Below, one piece after another: positions 1-9,640 of a stretch of 64,000 bases of DNA. Origin of the DNA: an uncultured delta proteobacterium. GTDB lineage: Bacteria; Myxococcota_A; Polyangia; Polyangiales; Houyiibacteriaceae. The DNA is taken from contig CAVOVB010000001.1 in assembly GCA_963699755.1 (NCBI GenBank), positions 1,728,001 to 1,792,000 of the forward strand, written 5' to 3'. Position numbers and translations under genes: made by a program. A model generated the notes under the pieces. That model was not told where the DNA came from, made no database searches, and was given only the letters and a program-made list of their open reading frames with translations. Numbering within the stretch: the stretch's first letter is position 1; every line of letters starts with the position of its first letter.

Positions 1-52
1 CGAAAGGCGCGGTGGACTTGATCAGGCACTAAAAATCGTGGATTCTTAAGCC

Positions 53-964
53 TTGAGCGTTCGCCAGGTCGATGTCGAGATTCGAAGCGGTGACGACGTC
101 TGCCGTGCTTGGTTCTTTTTTCCGGTCGCCCGGAACGACTCCAGCGCGTGCATCGTGATGGGGCATGGGCTTGGCCTGACGCGCCACTGTGGCTTGCGCG
201 AGATTGCGGTCGCCTTCGCCACCGCGGGGTATGCGGTCCTGCTCTTCGACTATCGTGGCTTTGGGGACAGCGGCGGTGAGCCTCGCCAGCTGGTCTCGCT
301 CGGCAAGCAACTCGTGGACTGGGCGGCTGCAATTGACTACGCGCGCTCTCGAGAGGAAGTCGATGCGAATTGCATCTTCACTTGGGGGTTTTCGCTCGGT
401 GCGGGTCATGCGCTGACGGCCGCTTCCAGGGACGAAGGAGTGGCCGCTGTCGTTGCGGTGGCCCCGATGTTCGATGGCCTCGGCAGCACCCTGGCAGCCA
501 TGAAGAGATGGGGCCCGCTCAACTTCCTTCGGATGATTGCGCGAGCCATGAAGGATCTTCTCGGTTCATTCCTCGGTCGCTCTCCGACCTTGGTCCCGCT
601 CACTGCGCCTCCGGGTGACCTCGGATTGCTCACCTCGCCTGATGCTCATCCAGGTTACAAGGCGCTGGTACCGTCAGACTTCAACTACGACACCGCCGCC
701 CGTATCGGTCTAGTCTTCTGGAGCTACTTCCCCGGCTTGCGGCTCCGTCGATTCTCTCGCCCGATTCTGATCCTTCCTTCGAGCATCGATCGGATCAACC
801 CACCGGGGCCGACACTTCGTCACGCTAGCAAGTGCAAGTCCGCCACCATCATCGAGCTCGAGTGCGAGCACTTGGAAGCGGTGATCGAGCCAACGCGGAG
901 CCGGGTCGTGCGCGCCACCCTCGACTTTCTCAATCAGCGCGCACCGTCAAGACAAGTCCAGTAG
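53..964 (+). CDS. alpha/beta-fold hydrolase
   Basis: HGLG oxyanion region, FDYRGFGDS, nucleophile elbow GFSLG; TTG start uncertain. Confidence 0.85.
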   Translation: MSVRQVDVEIRSGDDVCRAWFFFPVARNDSSACIVMGHGLGLTRHCGLREIAVAFATAGYAVLLFDYRGFGDSGGEPRQLVSLGKQLVDWAAAIDYARSREEVDANCIFTWGFSLGAGHALTAASRDEGVAAVVAVAPMFDGLGSTLAAMKRWGPLNFLRMIARAMKDLLGSFLGRSPTLVPLTAPPGDLGLLTSPDAHPGYKALVPSDFNYDTAARIGLVFWSYFPGLRLRRFSRPILILPSSIDRINPPGPTLRHASKCKSATIIELECEHLEAVIEPTRSRVVRATLDFLNQRAPSRQVQ

Positions 965-1672
965 CCAGAGCGGCGCGAGCTCGGCCGCGTGACGCTCGAC
1001 TGAGATTCGCGCCAGGTTGAGCCAGTCGTCGCATTCATCGAGGATCGCGCTGTCGGCGCTTGCGACCACCGCAGTCGAGTCCTTGAGGATTTCGTCGACT
1101 CGGTCCGCGGTCGTCGCTTGAATACACGATCCTTTGCCGGCTGCCGTCGTCCGTACAATCTCGGCAAGTCGGCCTGAGTTCGAAACCGGGCGGTCGATGT
1201 ACACCGTCACCCCGGACGGCCGCAGCGAGTCGACGACGTCGACTAGGATTTCGACGGCGCGCTCGCTCTCCTGGACCAAGCGATAGCTGCCGTGGAAGCT
1301 TGCCATGTCCCGCAAACAGGTGTCGCGGCCGAGCAGCAGAACGCCTCGGGCCAAGGCCACCTCGATCGTGGTGATCACGTTGAGGCCGTCGATCAGCAGA
1401 TGCCGCGCGTTCATCATCTCGGGGGCGCATCGCCTCGACGCTCGGTCCCGTTGGGCCGAATCGGAGCAGGCACACCTCTTTGCCGCGGTGCGTTGACGAC
1501 TGCGCAGTCGATAGCGGTCCCCGACGAGCTTGACTGCCGAGCCGTCGGAGTATCCTCGCGTCCGGAGCCAGCTCAGGTCCGCGACCGCCGGTATCAATGC
1601 GGAGAGCGCTTCCTTGGAAAACAATTGTGCATCGGTGGGATGCGGCCCACGGTGACGCCGGGAATCACCCAT
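947..1672 (-). CDS. DUF434-family protein with PIN/NYN-like domain
   Basis: RHRGPHP...DLSWLRTRGYS...LVGDRYRL N-terminus and LLIDGLNV motif; ATG at 1672 preferred to 1843, which would overlap the divergent promoter. Confidence 0.75.
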   Translation of the reverse strand: MGDSRRHRGPHPTDAQLFSKEALSALIPAVADLSWLRTRGYSDGSAVKLVGDRYRLRSRQRTAAKRCACSDSAQRDRASRRCAPEMMNARHLLIDGLNVITTIEVALARGVLLLGRDTCLRDMASFHGSYRLVQESERAVEILVDVVDSLRPSGVTVYIDRPVSNSGRLAEIVRTTAAGKGSCIQATTADRVDEILKDSTAVVASADSAILDECDDWLNLARISVERHAAELAPLWLLDLS

Positions 1673-1700
1673 GCGCGAGCTTAGCCCTCGAAGCGTCCGG

Positions 1701-1713
1701 CGCAAAAACTGCG
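1701..1713. promoter_or_regulatory. CGCA-N5-TGCG enhancer-like palindrome
   Basis: CGCAAAAACTGCG; degenerate partner CGCAAGTATTTCC 29 bp downstream (1730). Confidence 0.7.
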
Positions 1714-1785
1714 TATTTGGAACTTTGCCCGCAAGTATTTCCGAACGGCGAAAGACCAACGTGCTCTCGCACGGGGTTTCTGGAG

Positions 1786-1801
1786 TGGCACGCACCTTGC
1801 T
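1786..1801 (+). promoter_or_regulatory. sigma-54 -24/-12 promoter (USP gene)
   Basis: TGGCACGCACCTTGCT, consensus GG-N10-GC. Confidence 0.85.
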
Positions 1802-1820
1802 GGAGGTCTGACTGGGTTCC

Positions 1821-2297
1821 ATGTTTGATATGGCGGCCAACATTCTAGCGGTTACCGATCTGACGTCTGCGAGCTACAAGCTCGTGAGCTTTGCCGCGCT
1901 CATTGCAGGCACGACCGACGGCGAGGTCATCTTGGTTTCAACCTACGGAGGCGGTGGGAGCCGGCGCTCCGAGCCTCCCGCTTCGATGCGGGACAATGCC
2001 GACGGCTGGCGCGACCGGGTCGAGTCCAGGCTTCGCCAGGAGGGACAGCTGCTCGAGCGACAGCGGCAATGGTGCGCTGATCGTGGAGTTCGATGCAGGG
2101 CGGAGCTCTACGAAGAGGGGCACTGGCCGGACTACGTACTGCAGAGCGCCAAGCGTTCCCACGTGGACCTGATTCTGCTTGGCATTCAGCTCAGCGGCGG
2201 TGCCGATCAGCTCAGTCCAATCGACATTCGGAGGCTCGCCGAGGACGCTCCCTGCCCGGTGAGCATGGTCAGGCTCCCAGCGCTTGCCTCCTTTTGA
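1821..2297 (+). CDS. universal stress protein
   Basis: NILAVTDL N-terminal strand, VDLILLG, APCPVSMV C-terminus; start 1821 or 1830. Confidence 0.8.
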   Translation: MFDMAANILAVTDLTSASYKLVSFAALIAGTTDGEVILVSTYGGGGSRRSEPPASMRDNADGWRDRVESRLRQEGQLLERQRQWCADRGVRCRAELYEEGHWPDYVLQSAKRSHVDLILLGIQLSGGADQLSPIDIRRLAEDAPCPVSMVRLPALASF

Positions 2298-2320
2298 TGG
2301 GGGTCGCGGCCTGCCAACGC

Positions 2321-2349
2321 TTGACAGGAGGCTCGCAGTTTCTTAGCCA
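2321..2349 (+). promoter_or_regulatory. putative sigma-70 promoter of the globin kinase (leaderless)
   Basis: TTGACA-17-TAGCCA, ATG 6 nt after the -10, no SD sequence. Confidence 0.5.
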
Positions 2350-2355
2350 AGCCGG

Positions 2356-3537
2356 ATGGTCGACGCCAGCCTGCTCCCCGCTCTCAAGGACTACGTCGGG
2401 TTCGACGCCGAGTGCGCCCGTCGCCTTCAGGCGATGAGCGCTCGGGTGGAGCCGTATCACCGTCCCATCGTCGATCGATTCTACGAGGCCATCCTCGAGG
2501 ACCCGAGCACGCGCGCAGTCCTCAAGAGCGAAGATCAGGTCCAGCGCCTCCGGTCGTCCTTGCTGCACTGGCTCGAAGGACTTTTCACCGGTCCGTACGA
2601 CACCGCGTACTACGAGAAGCGCGCCCAAATCGGACGCGTTCATGTGAAGGTTGGGCTCGAGCAGCGCTACATGCTCGGCGCGATGAACTTGATTCGAATC
2701 GGGCTTCATCGCGCAGTGTCGGATTCCGCTCCCGATGGCCTCGGGATTTTCGAAGATCACAGCGTCATCGATCAGATTTGCGACATCGAGCTCGCGATCA
2801 TGCTCGAGACATACCGAGAAGACTATGTGCTCAAGAAGACCGCCGAAGCGGAGTCGCTCGCGGTCATGGGGAGGCTGACGGCGGGGCTGGCCCACGAGGT
2901 CCGAAATCCTTTGAACGCTGCCAAGCTTCAGCTCGATGTTCTTCGACGCACGGCCTCCCACGTCGAGGACGCTTCGACGCGCCGGAAGATCGAAAGGCGA
3001 ACCAACGTCGTGCAGGACGAGCTCCGACGCTTGTCACTCTTACTCGACGATTTCCTGAATTTGGCGCGTGCGCAGCGGATGGAGCCCATCCGTTGCAATG
3101 CCAGAACGCTGCTCGGCGAAGTGCTCGAGCTGCGAGGTCCCGAGATCGAATCGCAGGGGATTGAGTTCATCGAAGACGTCGATTCGGTTTCCTGCATCCT
3201 GTTCGCAGAGCGCGATCGCCTCAAGCAGGTCGTCAACAACCTGATCACCAATGCAGTCGAGGCGGTGGCCAGCTGCGATCGGCCATCCATTCAGATCGCT
3301 AGCCGGATGCTCGGCGATGACCGGTGGGAGGTCGCGGTGATCGACAACGGTCCAGGGGTTTCGAGCGAGGTCGTCGGGCGGGCGTTCGAATCCTTCGTCA
3401 CGACCAAGGAGGCTGGCACCGGGCTCGGCCTTGCGATCGTCAAGCGAATCGTGGACTTGCACGGAGGCGCAGCGAAGCTCAGCCCAATCGCCGAGGGCGG
3501 CACCTGCGCGTCGTTTTGGATTCCGACAGGGACCTAG
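2356..3537 (+). CDS. globin-coupled (protoglobin-domain) sensor histidine kinase, AfGcHK/NmpU-like
   Basis: globin with FY (B10 Tyr) and IGRVH proximal His; H-box LAHEVRNPL; NLITNA, DNGPG and GTGLGL boxes. Confidence 0.92.
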   Translation: MVDASLLPALKDYVGFDAECARRLQAMSARVEPYHRPIVDRFYEAILEDPSTRAVLKSEDQVQRLRSSLLHWLEGLFTGPYDTAYYEKRAQIGRVHVKVGLEQRYMLGAMNLIRIGLHRAVSDSAPDGLGIFEDHSVIDQICDIELAIMLETYREDYVLKKTAEAESLAVMGRLTAGLAHEVRNPLNAAKLQLDVLRRTASHVEDASTRRKIERRTNVVQDELRRLSLLLDDFLNLARAQRMEPIRCNARTLLGEVLELRGPEIESQGIEFIEDVDSVSCILFAERDRLKQVVNNLITNAVEAVASCDRPSIQIASRMLGDDRWEVAVIDNGPGVSSEVVGRAFESFVTTKEAGTGLGLAIVKRIVDLHGGAAKLSPIAEGGTCASFWIPTGT

Positions 3538-4961
3538 TCCATGATTGGATTCTGGTAGCCCCATTCCTTGACTCGGTATTGGATCTTCCGCTGGCTGATC
3601 CCGAGGATCTCCGCTGCGCGAGCGGTGGAACCATCGACTGCATCGAGAGTCCGTAGGATCGCGACCCGTTCGAGCTCGGACATCGTGATGCCTGGAATCA
3701 GCGCCATCACCGAACCGTTTTGCAGGTCCCCGTGAGCGGAGGTGGGCAAGTCGTCGCGTTGGATCAGCTCGTTTTCGCACATGACGACGGCTCTTTCGAT
3801 CGCGTTCTCCAGCTCTCGAACGTTGCCGGGCCAGGGATAGATCATCAGGTGCTGCAATGCCTCTTCGGAGAGACCTTGCACCGGGCGGTCGTTCTCCCCT
3901 GCGTACTTGCGCAGAAACGCATGGGCTAGCAAGGGGATGTCGCTTCGGCGAACGCGGAGTGGCGGCACGTCGAGCTGGACTACCTTGAGCCTGTAGTAGA
4001 GGTCTTCGCGGAATCGTCCTTCGTCTACCCGATGCTTCAAGTTGCGATTGGTTGCGGCCACGACCCGGACATCGACCTTGAGCGTTTCATTGCCTCCGAC
4101 CCGCTCGAGCTCGCGCTCTTGAAGGAAGCGCAGGAGCTTGATTTGAACGCTCGCCGGGATTTCGCTCACCTCGTCGAGAAAGAGCGTGCCGCCATCGGCC
4201 TGCTTGAACCGCCCTTCACGCCGGGTCATCGCGCCCGTGAAAGAGCCGCGTTCGTGGCCAAAGAGCTCGGACTCGAGCAGAGTTTCGCTCAGGGACGCGC
4301 AGTTGAGCTTGATGAAGGGCTTGTCTTTGCGCTTCGAGTTCTGGTGGATTGCCGCGGCGATCAGCTCCTTGCCTGTCCCGGTTTCGCCGTGGATCAGTAC
4401 GGTCGCGCGGCTCCGAGCGACCTGCGCGATGTTTTTCATCAGCCGCTGCATCGAGGGGTGCTCGCCCAGGATGTTGCCGAGTTGAAAGCGATCGTCGAAT
4501 CGTTCGCGGAGCTGCGCAGCTTCCCGCGAGAGACGGGTTCGATCGAGTGCGCGGTCGACGATCGCCATCACTGCATCGAGCTCGAGGGGCTTGGTGAGAT
4601 AGCTTTCGGCGCCGAGCTTGATCGCTTTGACGGCGGTGTCGATGGTTGCGAACGCCGTCATCACGATGAACGTGGTATGGGGCGACATCGGTCGTCCGCG
4701 TTCGATCAGCGACAATCCGTCCATCCCCGGCATCTTGAGGTCCGTCAAGACGACATCGGGGTCGACCTGCTCCAATTGCAGGAGCGCCGTACGGCCGTCA
4801 GCAGCGGTGCTGACGGAATAGCCGGCGTCGTCCATGAGCTCGGCGAGCGCATTTCGCGCGTTCGCTTCGTCGTCGACGATTAACACGCGACCTTTGGAGA
4901 TTGCGACGTTTGGACGTCTGGCGGTGTCGGAGAAGTCGGATGCGGTGTTTACACTAGTCAT
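3534..4961 (-). CDS. sigma-54-dependent NtrC-family response regulator (NmpR-like)
   Basis: receiver (IVDD, TDLKMP), Walker A GETGTGKE, GSFTGA loop, FLDEV, WPGNVRELEN, C-terminal Fis HTH. Confidence 0.95.
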   Translation of the reverse strand: MTSVNTASDFSDTARRPNVAISKGRVLIVDDEANARNALAELMDDAGYSVSTAADGRTALLQLEQVDPDVVLTDLKMPGMDGLSLIERGRPMSPHTTFIVMTAFATIDTAVKAIKLGAESYLTKPLELDAVMAIVDRALDRTRLSREAAQLRERFDDRFQLGNILGEHPSMQRLMKNIAQVARSRATVLIHGETGTGKELIAAAIHQNSKRKDKPFIKLNCASLSETLLESELFGHERGSFTGAMTRREGRFKQADGGTLFLDEVSEIPASVQIKLLRFLQERELERVGGNETLKVDVRVVAATNRNLKHRVDEGRFREDLYYRLKVVQLDVPPLRVRRSDIPLLAHAFLRKYAGENDRPVQGLSEEALQHLMIYPWPGNVRELENAIERAVVMCENELIQRDDLPTSAHGDLQNGSVMALIPGITMSELERVAILRTLDAVDGSTARAAEILGISQRKIQYRVKEWGYQNPIMD

Positions 4962-4974
4962 GATTACTCTGCTT

Positions 4975-4990
4975 TGCAGTTGCTGTGCCA
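4975..4990 (-). promoter_or_regulatory. sigma-54 promoter of the response regulator
   Basis: minus strand TGGCACAGCAACTGCA. Confidence 0.75.
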
Positions 4991-5009
4991 AGATTTGGCA
5001 CTTCGATTT

Positions 5010-6437
5010 CTAGGCGTGGGCGGTCGCGTCTTCGCTTCCCGAGAGTCTTGCCGCGCGGCCGGCGGCGAGCTGTGTGTACTCCGCGAACGAAGCTTCCAGA
5101 TCCTCGACGAACTCGTGGACGTCCGGAAAAGACTCCCAGTCTGCGTTCAGACCAAAGTGAAGTCCACCGGCGTAACTGAACAAAGCGATGCCGAGATTCT
5201 GGTTCTGCATCAACGGCACCATCGGATAGATCGACTTCATGGGAGAGCTGAGCAAGTAGAGGGGGAACGGCGGCCCGGGCACGTTGGTGATGATCAAGTT
5301 GTAGGTGCGCAGCTTCATCGCCATCAAGTAGAGCTCTGAGACGATCCGTTTGGTCGTGAGGTCTGCGACTTCTTCGATCAGCGCAGCTCCACCCGTTTGG
5401 TTCGACTCCTTCTTCAGCTCGGTCGTCACATGAATGACCTTCCGGAGTCGTTCGATGGGATCTGGTTCGGACACGGGCAGGTCTGCGAGTAGGAGGGCCA
5501 CCTGATTGCCGACGGTCGACCCTCCAGCTTTGCGAATGTTCACCGGCAGAGCGGTGCGAAACCCTTCCATCGAATCGACGTCCGAGCCCCTCCGCAACAG
5601 GAAGCGACGTACTGCGCCGGTCACCGTGGCGACGACCGCGTCGTTGATCGTTCCACCCAAGGTGTTCTTGACCGCCTTGACGTCGTCGAGGGCGAATCGC
5701 ACCCAGTCGAATCGGCGGTAGGGGCTGATATCCTGCTCCGTAAAAATCGTCCTTGGCGCTGGCTTCATGCCGGAGCGAAGCAAGCTCGATAGGCCCTGGA
5801 AGTTCTGCCGAACCCGCGGCAAGAAGTGGCTGAGCTTGCGAAGGCCGTCGATGCGGTGGTTGGTTTCACCGACGAGAAGCTGTGTTCGGCTGGGGGCCGG
5901 GCGCGGCTTCCATTCCTCTGGTTCGCGTTCCGGAGCGTCTGGGCTGACCGTCAACAAGGCTTGCAGCAGCTCAACGCCTGCGATGCCGTCGACCATGCAG
6001 TGGTGCACTTTGATAATCAGGGCAAAGCGGTCGTTCTCGACACCCTCGACCACCCAAAACTCCCAGAGTGGCCGGCTCCGATCGAGATGCTGCGAGAAGA
6101 GCCGACCCACCAGCCGTTTGAGCGAACGCTCATCGCCGGGCAGAGGCAGGCGCGTGTGGCGCAGATGAAAGTGCATGTTGAAACGGTCGTCATCGACCCA
6201 AACCGGGTGTCCATATCCCGGGATCCACTCCACTCTCTGTCGGTAACGGGGAATCGAGTCTACCGCCGCCTTGGTGTATCGGGTGAGGCGTTCGATATCG
6301 AGGCCTCCGTGCTCGAGCGTGAGAGGCTTCGCGTCAAAAATCAGAGCGGCGCCGACATGCATCGGAGCGGACTTGCTCTCGACGTCGAGAAACGTCGCGT
6401 CCAGAGCGCTCAAACGCTCGTAGAATGTTTCCGGCAT
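5010..6437 (-). CDS. wax ester synthase/diacylglycerol acyltransferase (WS/DGAT)
   Basis: RLSALDATFL start, catalytic HHCMVDG, NLIITNVPGP. Confidence 0.93.
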   Translation of the reverse strand: MPETFYERLSALDATFLDVESKSAPMHVGAALIFDAKPLTLEHGGLDIERLTRYTKAAVDSIPRYRQRVEWIPGYGHPVWVDDDRFNMHFHLRHTRLPLPGDERSLKRLVGRLFSQHLDRSRPLWEFWVVEGVENDRFALIIKVHHCMVDGIAGVELLQALLTVSPDAPEREPEEWKPRPAPSRTQLLVGETNHRIDGLRKLSHFLPRVRQNFQGLSSLLRSGMKPAPRTIFTEQDISPYRRFDWVRFALDDVKAVKNTLGGTINDAVVATVTGAVRRFLLRRGSDVDSMEGFRTALPVNIRKAGGSTVGNQVALLLADLPVSEPDPIERLRKVIHVTTELKKESNQTGGAALIEEVADLTTKRIVSELYLMAMKLRTYNLIITNVPGPPFPLYLLSSPMKSIYPMVPLMQNQNLGIALFSYAGGLHFGLNADWESFPDVHEFVEDLEASFAEYTQLAAGRAARLSGSEDATAHA

Positions 6438-6452
6438 AGCGTGAAGAGGACT

Positions 6453-6468
6453 AGCAAGATGTGAGCCC
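6453..6468 (-). promoter_or_regulatory. sigma-54 promoter of WS/DGAT
   Basis: minus strand GGGCTCACATCTTGCT (GG-N10-GC). Confidence 0.6.
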
Positions 6469-6516
6469 ACGCATCTGGGAGCCAATAACCCAATACGTGG
6501 GCGTCAGAGGCCTTTG

Positions 6517-6564
6517 GGAAACGCATATTATGCGTTTCCGGTCTGGGCAAGCGCAAAATATGCA
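6517..6564. promoter_or_regulatory. tandem CGCA-N5-TGCG enhancer pair
   Basis: perfect 23-bp palindrome GGAAACGCATA-T-TATGCGTTTCC (core 6522-6534) plus CGCAAAATATGCA at 6552. Confidence 0.75.
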
Positions 6565-6588
6565 GCCGCTGGCTGCTGGGGTTGACCA

Positions 6589-6604
6589 TGGCACAGAACA
6601 TGCT
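6589..6604 (+). promoter_or_regulatory. sigma-54 promoter of CBS gene
   Basis: TGGCACAGAACATGCT. Confidence 0.75.
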
Positions 6605-6617
6605 TCGAATACAGGGC

Positions 6618-7049
6618 ATGACGCAGCTCTTGGTCCGAGATCTCATGACGCAGCCGGCGAAGACCGTTGGTCCGACGAGCCCGCTTCGGGAGGTCATTCA
6701 GCTGATGGAGGCGAGCCATATCCGCCACGTGGCTGTCGTGGAGGACACTGGGCGCCTGCTGGGGCTCATTTCGCACCGCGATGTCTTACGCAGCCAGGAA
6801 GGAAGTTTGTCTGGCGCCTTGTCGACCGAGCAGGCCCACATGAACCGATGGATCGAAGCCCGATGGGTCATGACGAAAGACGTGCGCACGGTGCATCCCG
6901 AGACGCCTGCCTTGGAAGCTGCACAGATCCTCCGGTCGCACGCCTACGGTTGTGTCCCCGTGGTCGAGGATGGGCGTCTCATAGGCATGTTAACCGACTC
7001 GGATTTCGTCGAATACGCGATTCAGACGCTCTCCGATCCCGGTCTGTGA
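6618..7049 (+). CDS. CBS-pair domain protein
   Basis: VRDLMT...IRHVAVV...GLISHRD and VMTKDV...GCVPVV...GMLTDSD; start moved to 6618, downstream of the promoter. Confidence 0.88.
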   Translation: MTQLLVRDLMTQPAKTVGPTSPLREVIQLMEASHIRHVAVVEDTGRLLGLISHRDVLRSQEGSLSGALSTEQAHMNRWIEARWVMTKDVRTVHPETPALEAAQILRSHAYGCVPVVEDGRLIGMLTDSDFVEYAIQTLSDPGL

Positions 7050-7089
7050 ACGGGCGGACGGCCAACCACCAGATCGTCCCGCACCAACC

Positions 7090-7105
7090 TGGCACGTTGC
7101 TTGCT
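7090..7105 (+). promoter_or_regulatory. sigma-54 promoter of tandem USP gene
   Basis: TGGCACGTTGCTTGCT. Confidence 0.85.
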
Positions 7106-7118
7106 CTACGTTGGACCC

Positions 7119-8027
7119 ATGGCCATCAAGACGATCGTTGTGGGGACAGACCTCGGAGAGTCTGGCCATCGCGCGATGCGGCTCGCGATTGCAACGGCTA
7201 GGGCGACCAACGCTACCCTTTGGCTCGTGCATGCGAGCGAGATGGGCTTGGAGCATCCATGGTCCGACCTTCCCGTCGGGGCGAGGTCGGCCGCTCAAGC
7301 GCTTCGCGAGCGATTGAAGGGCCGCTTCGAGAACTCGCTTCAAGAGCTCGAACGCGAACGCAAGGCATGCGAAGACCTAGGCTTGAGTTGCCAAACGTCC
7401 TGTGAAGAAGGGCGTCCCTGGGAAACGATCCTGCGCACCGCCGTTTCGGTCAATGCCGACCTGATCGCCGTGGGTGATCCCGTCGGAGCCATCGGCCTCC
7501 CGGAGCGCTTGCTTGGCTCGACGGCGGAACGCGTCGTCCGGCAAGCCCCGTGCTCGGTGCTGGTTTCATGTGGCCGCCTTCGCGCGGACTACAGCGGGGC
7601 GCGTATCGCCGTGGGTGTCGATTTCTCTCCGCACGGGGTCGAGGCCGTTCGCTGGGCGCGCGACGTGGCCAACGCGATCGAAGGCGAGGTGTCGCTGCTC
7701 CATGTCGTACCGCACCCGATCACCGAAAGTAGGATGCCGACGGAGTGGCCAAGTGTGCTCGAAGGCCTCGCGTCCATGGCACGCTCGCGGCTCGAGCAAC
7801 TCGTCCTGACCGAAGGTCTGAAACCGAGTACGACCATACAGGTATTAGACGGATCGATAGGAAAGACGATCTGCAATGCGGCGGCGAGCATCAACGCAGA
7901 CCTGGTGTTTGTCGGCTGTAGGGGGCAGGGCAGGCTCCGCGGCATGATGCTTGGCAGTGCCTCGCAGTACTGCCTTCGCTATTCACCGGTTCCGGTTCTC
8001 ACAGTTCGTCCGGGACTTCAGCGCTAG
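7119..8027 (+). CDS. tandem-domain universal stress protein
   Basis: IVVGTD...LLGSTAERVVRQAPCSVLV and IAVGVDFS...LGSASQYCLRYSPVPVL. Confidence 0.92.
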   Translation: MAIKTIVVGTDLGESGHRAMRLAIATARATNATLWLVHASEMGLEHPWSDLPVGARSAAQALRERLKGRFENSLQELERERKACEDLGLSCQTSCEEGRPWETILRTAVSVNADLIAVGDPVGAIGLPERLLGSTAERVVRQAPCSVLVSCGRLRADYSGARIAVGVDFSPHGVEAVRWARDVANAIEGEVSLLHVVPHPITESRMPTEWPSVLEGLASMARSRLEQLVLTEGLKPSTTIQVLDGSIGKTICNAAASINADLVFVGCRGQGRLRGMMLGSASQYCLRYSPVPVLTVRPGLQR

Positions 8028-9567
8028 CCCTTCAATGTTGCTTCGAGCAGGCTCCGGATCTCGTCCAACGGCCGGGACGTATCCAACCGGAGATGCTCGG
8101 ACGCCCGAAGCTCGTCGATCGGATCGAAGTGCGTTTCGAACTCCTCCAACAGTTCGGTTCGCGCGTCACTCTCATGTGGTCCCCCTCGTTCGCGCGCGGC
8201 CAGGCGGTCCAAGATCAGCGCTCGGGGTGCACTGCACTCGACCAGGATGAATGGGACTCCGTGCTGGTTCGCCAAGCGGTAGGCTGCATCCCGCATCGCC
8301 GCTGTGCGAAAAGAAGCGTCGATCACGACTGGACGTCCGGACGCGAGCACGATGTCGGCAAGCCGAAAAAGCTCCCCGTAGACGTCTTTGGTCGCGCTTG
8401 GCGAGTAAGCTCCGGACCAAGCTTTACCCGCGAGGGATTCGGTCGGCTCGGTGGCTCATGAGCTGCTTGCGCGTCCGGTCGGAGCCGAGCACCGGAGCGG
8501 CGAGCAAGTCGCCGATCGTCGCCGAGGTCTGGCTCTTCCCGGCGGCGATCATCCCTCCGACCGCGACGACCCGCGGTGGCACGAGCGGTGGGCGCTCGAA
8601 CGCCAAAGCTAAAACGAAGTAACGCCTGGCCTCTCGCCGCGCCCGCTCCCTTGCCTCAGGGGATGCCTCGGTGTCCGAGGCTAGCAGTGATGCAACCTTG
8701 CCGCGCACGTATGCGCGGTAGCTCTCGTAGAAATTGACCACCGAATAGAGCTCATAGTCGTTCGATTCGCGGGCGTACCGCGCGAGAAACCGTTCGGCGA
8801 GGTCCACCCGCCCGTGCCAGGCGAGGTCCATCGACAGGAACGCGATGTCCGCGCAGACATCTCCGTATCGGAAGCGGTCGTTGAACTCGATGCAGTCGAT
8901 GATCGAAATCGAGACGTCGGACTCGAAGTACACGTGCTCGAGCCTCAAGTCACCGTGTCCGTCACGGACACGCGCGGCCGCAATTCTCGCCATGAAAGGA
9001 GCATCGTTCCGGAGTGTCCGCACTTGCCAAGACTCGACCTCGAGAGCCTGGTCCGGCGTCAAGATAGTCCCCGATCGAGGCCCGTGTTTGTTCGAAGTTC
9101 TCCTCCACGTTTTTTCGGATCGTCTCGATTCGACCGTGCTCGGACGTTTCCGCGTCGCAGCGTACGCCTTCGTGGAATCGCGCGATGTGAGCCGCGAGCG
9201 CGTCGATGTGTTTCGGCATCAACAAGCCGGCTCGCAGGAGCGCGTCTGCACGCCGTTCAACTGCGAGACGACGCATTCGAACCGCCCAGTCCACGGCCGC
9301 GCCAGCTCCTGCGATCCGGTGAACGCCGGAAGCGTCGATCGTGATGGGCACGACATCGAGGTAGACGTCCGGTGCGAGCCGCCGGTTGAGCTGCAGCTCT
9401 GCGTCGCACGCGGCTCGGCGCTTCTCGAGCGTCGTGAAGTCGAGGAAGCCCAAGTCGACGGGTCGTTTGACCTTGAACACCTCGTCCGCACCCAAGAAGA
9501 TCCAAGAGATATGCGTCTCGACCAGCTCGAAGCCGCTTGCCTCGAGATCCGCTTTCAGCTTTCCCAT
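8024..9567 (-). CDS. aminoglycoside phosphotransferase-like / AAA_33 P-loop kinase fusion (Rv2004c-like), two +1 frameshifts
   Basis: ETHISW, HGDLRLEH, IDCIEFN, GGMIAAGKS, VVIDASF across ORFs 8962-9621, 8424-9062, 8024-8350; removing one base near 9061 and one near 8454 gives 513 aa. Confidence 0.85.
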
Positions 9568-9640
9568 CACATCCCTGAGGGTGAGGCTGCTAGTATACCC
9601 ATCCGAGCAACTCCCGCCCACGCGCTAGGCTTCCGCGCTA

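Noticed and set aside
8962..9621. Aminoglycoside resistance gene
   Set aside because: Fragment of a widespread APH-like/AAA fusion; fold similarity alone does not imply resistance
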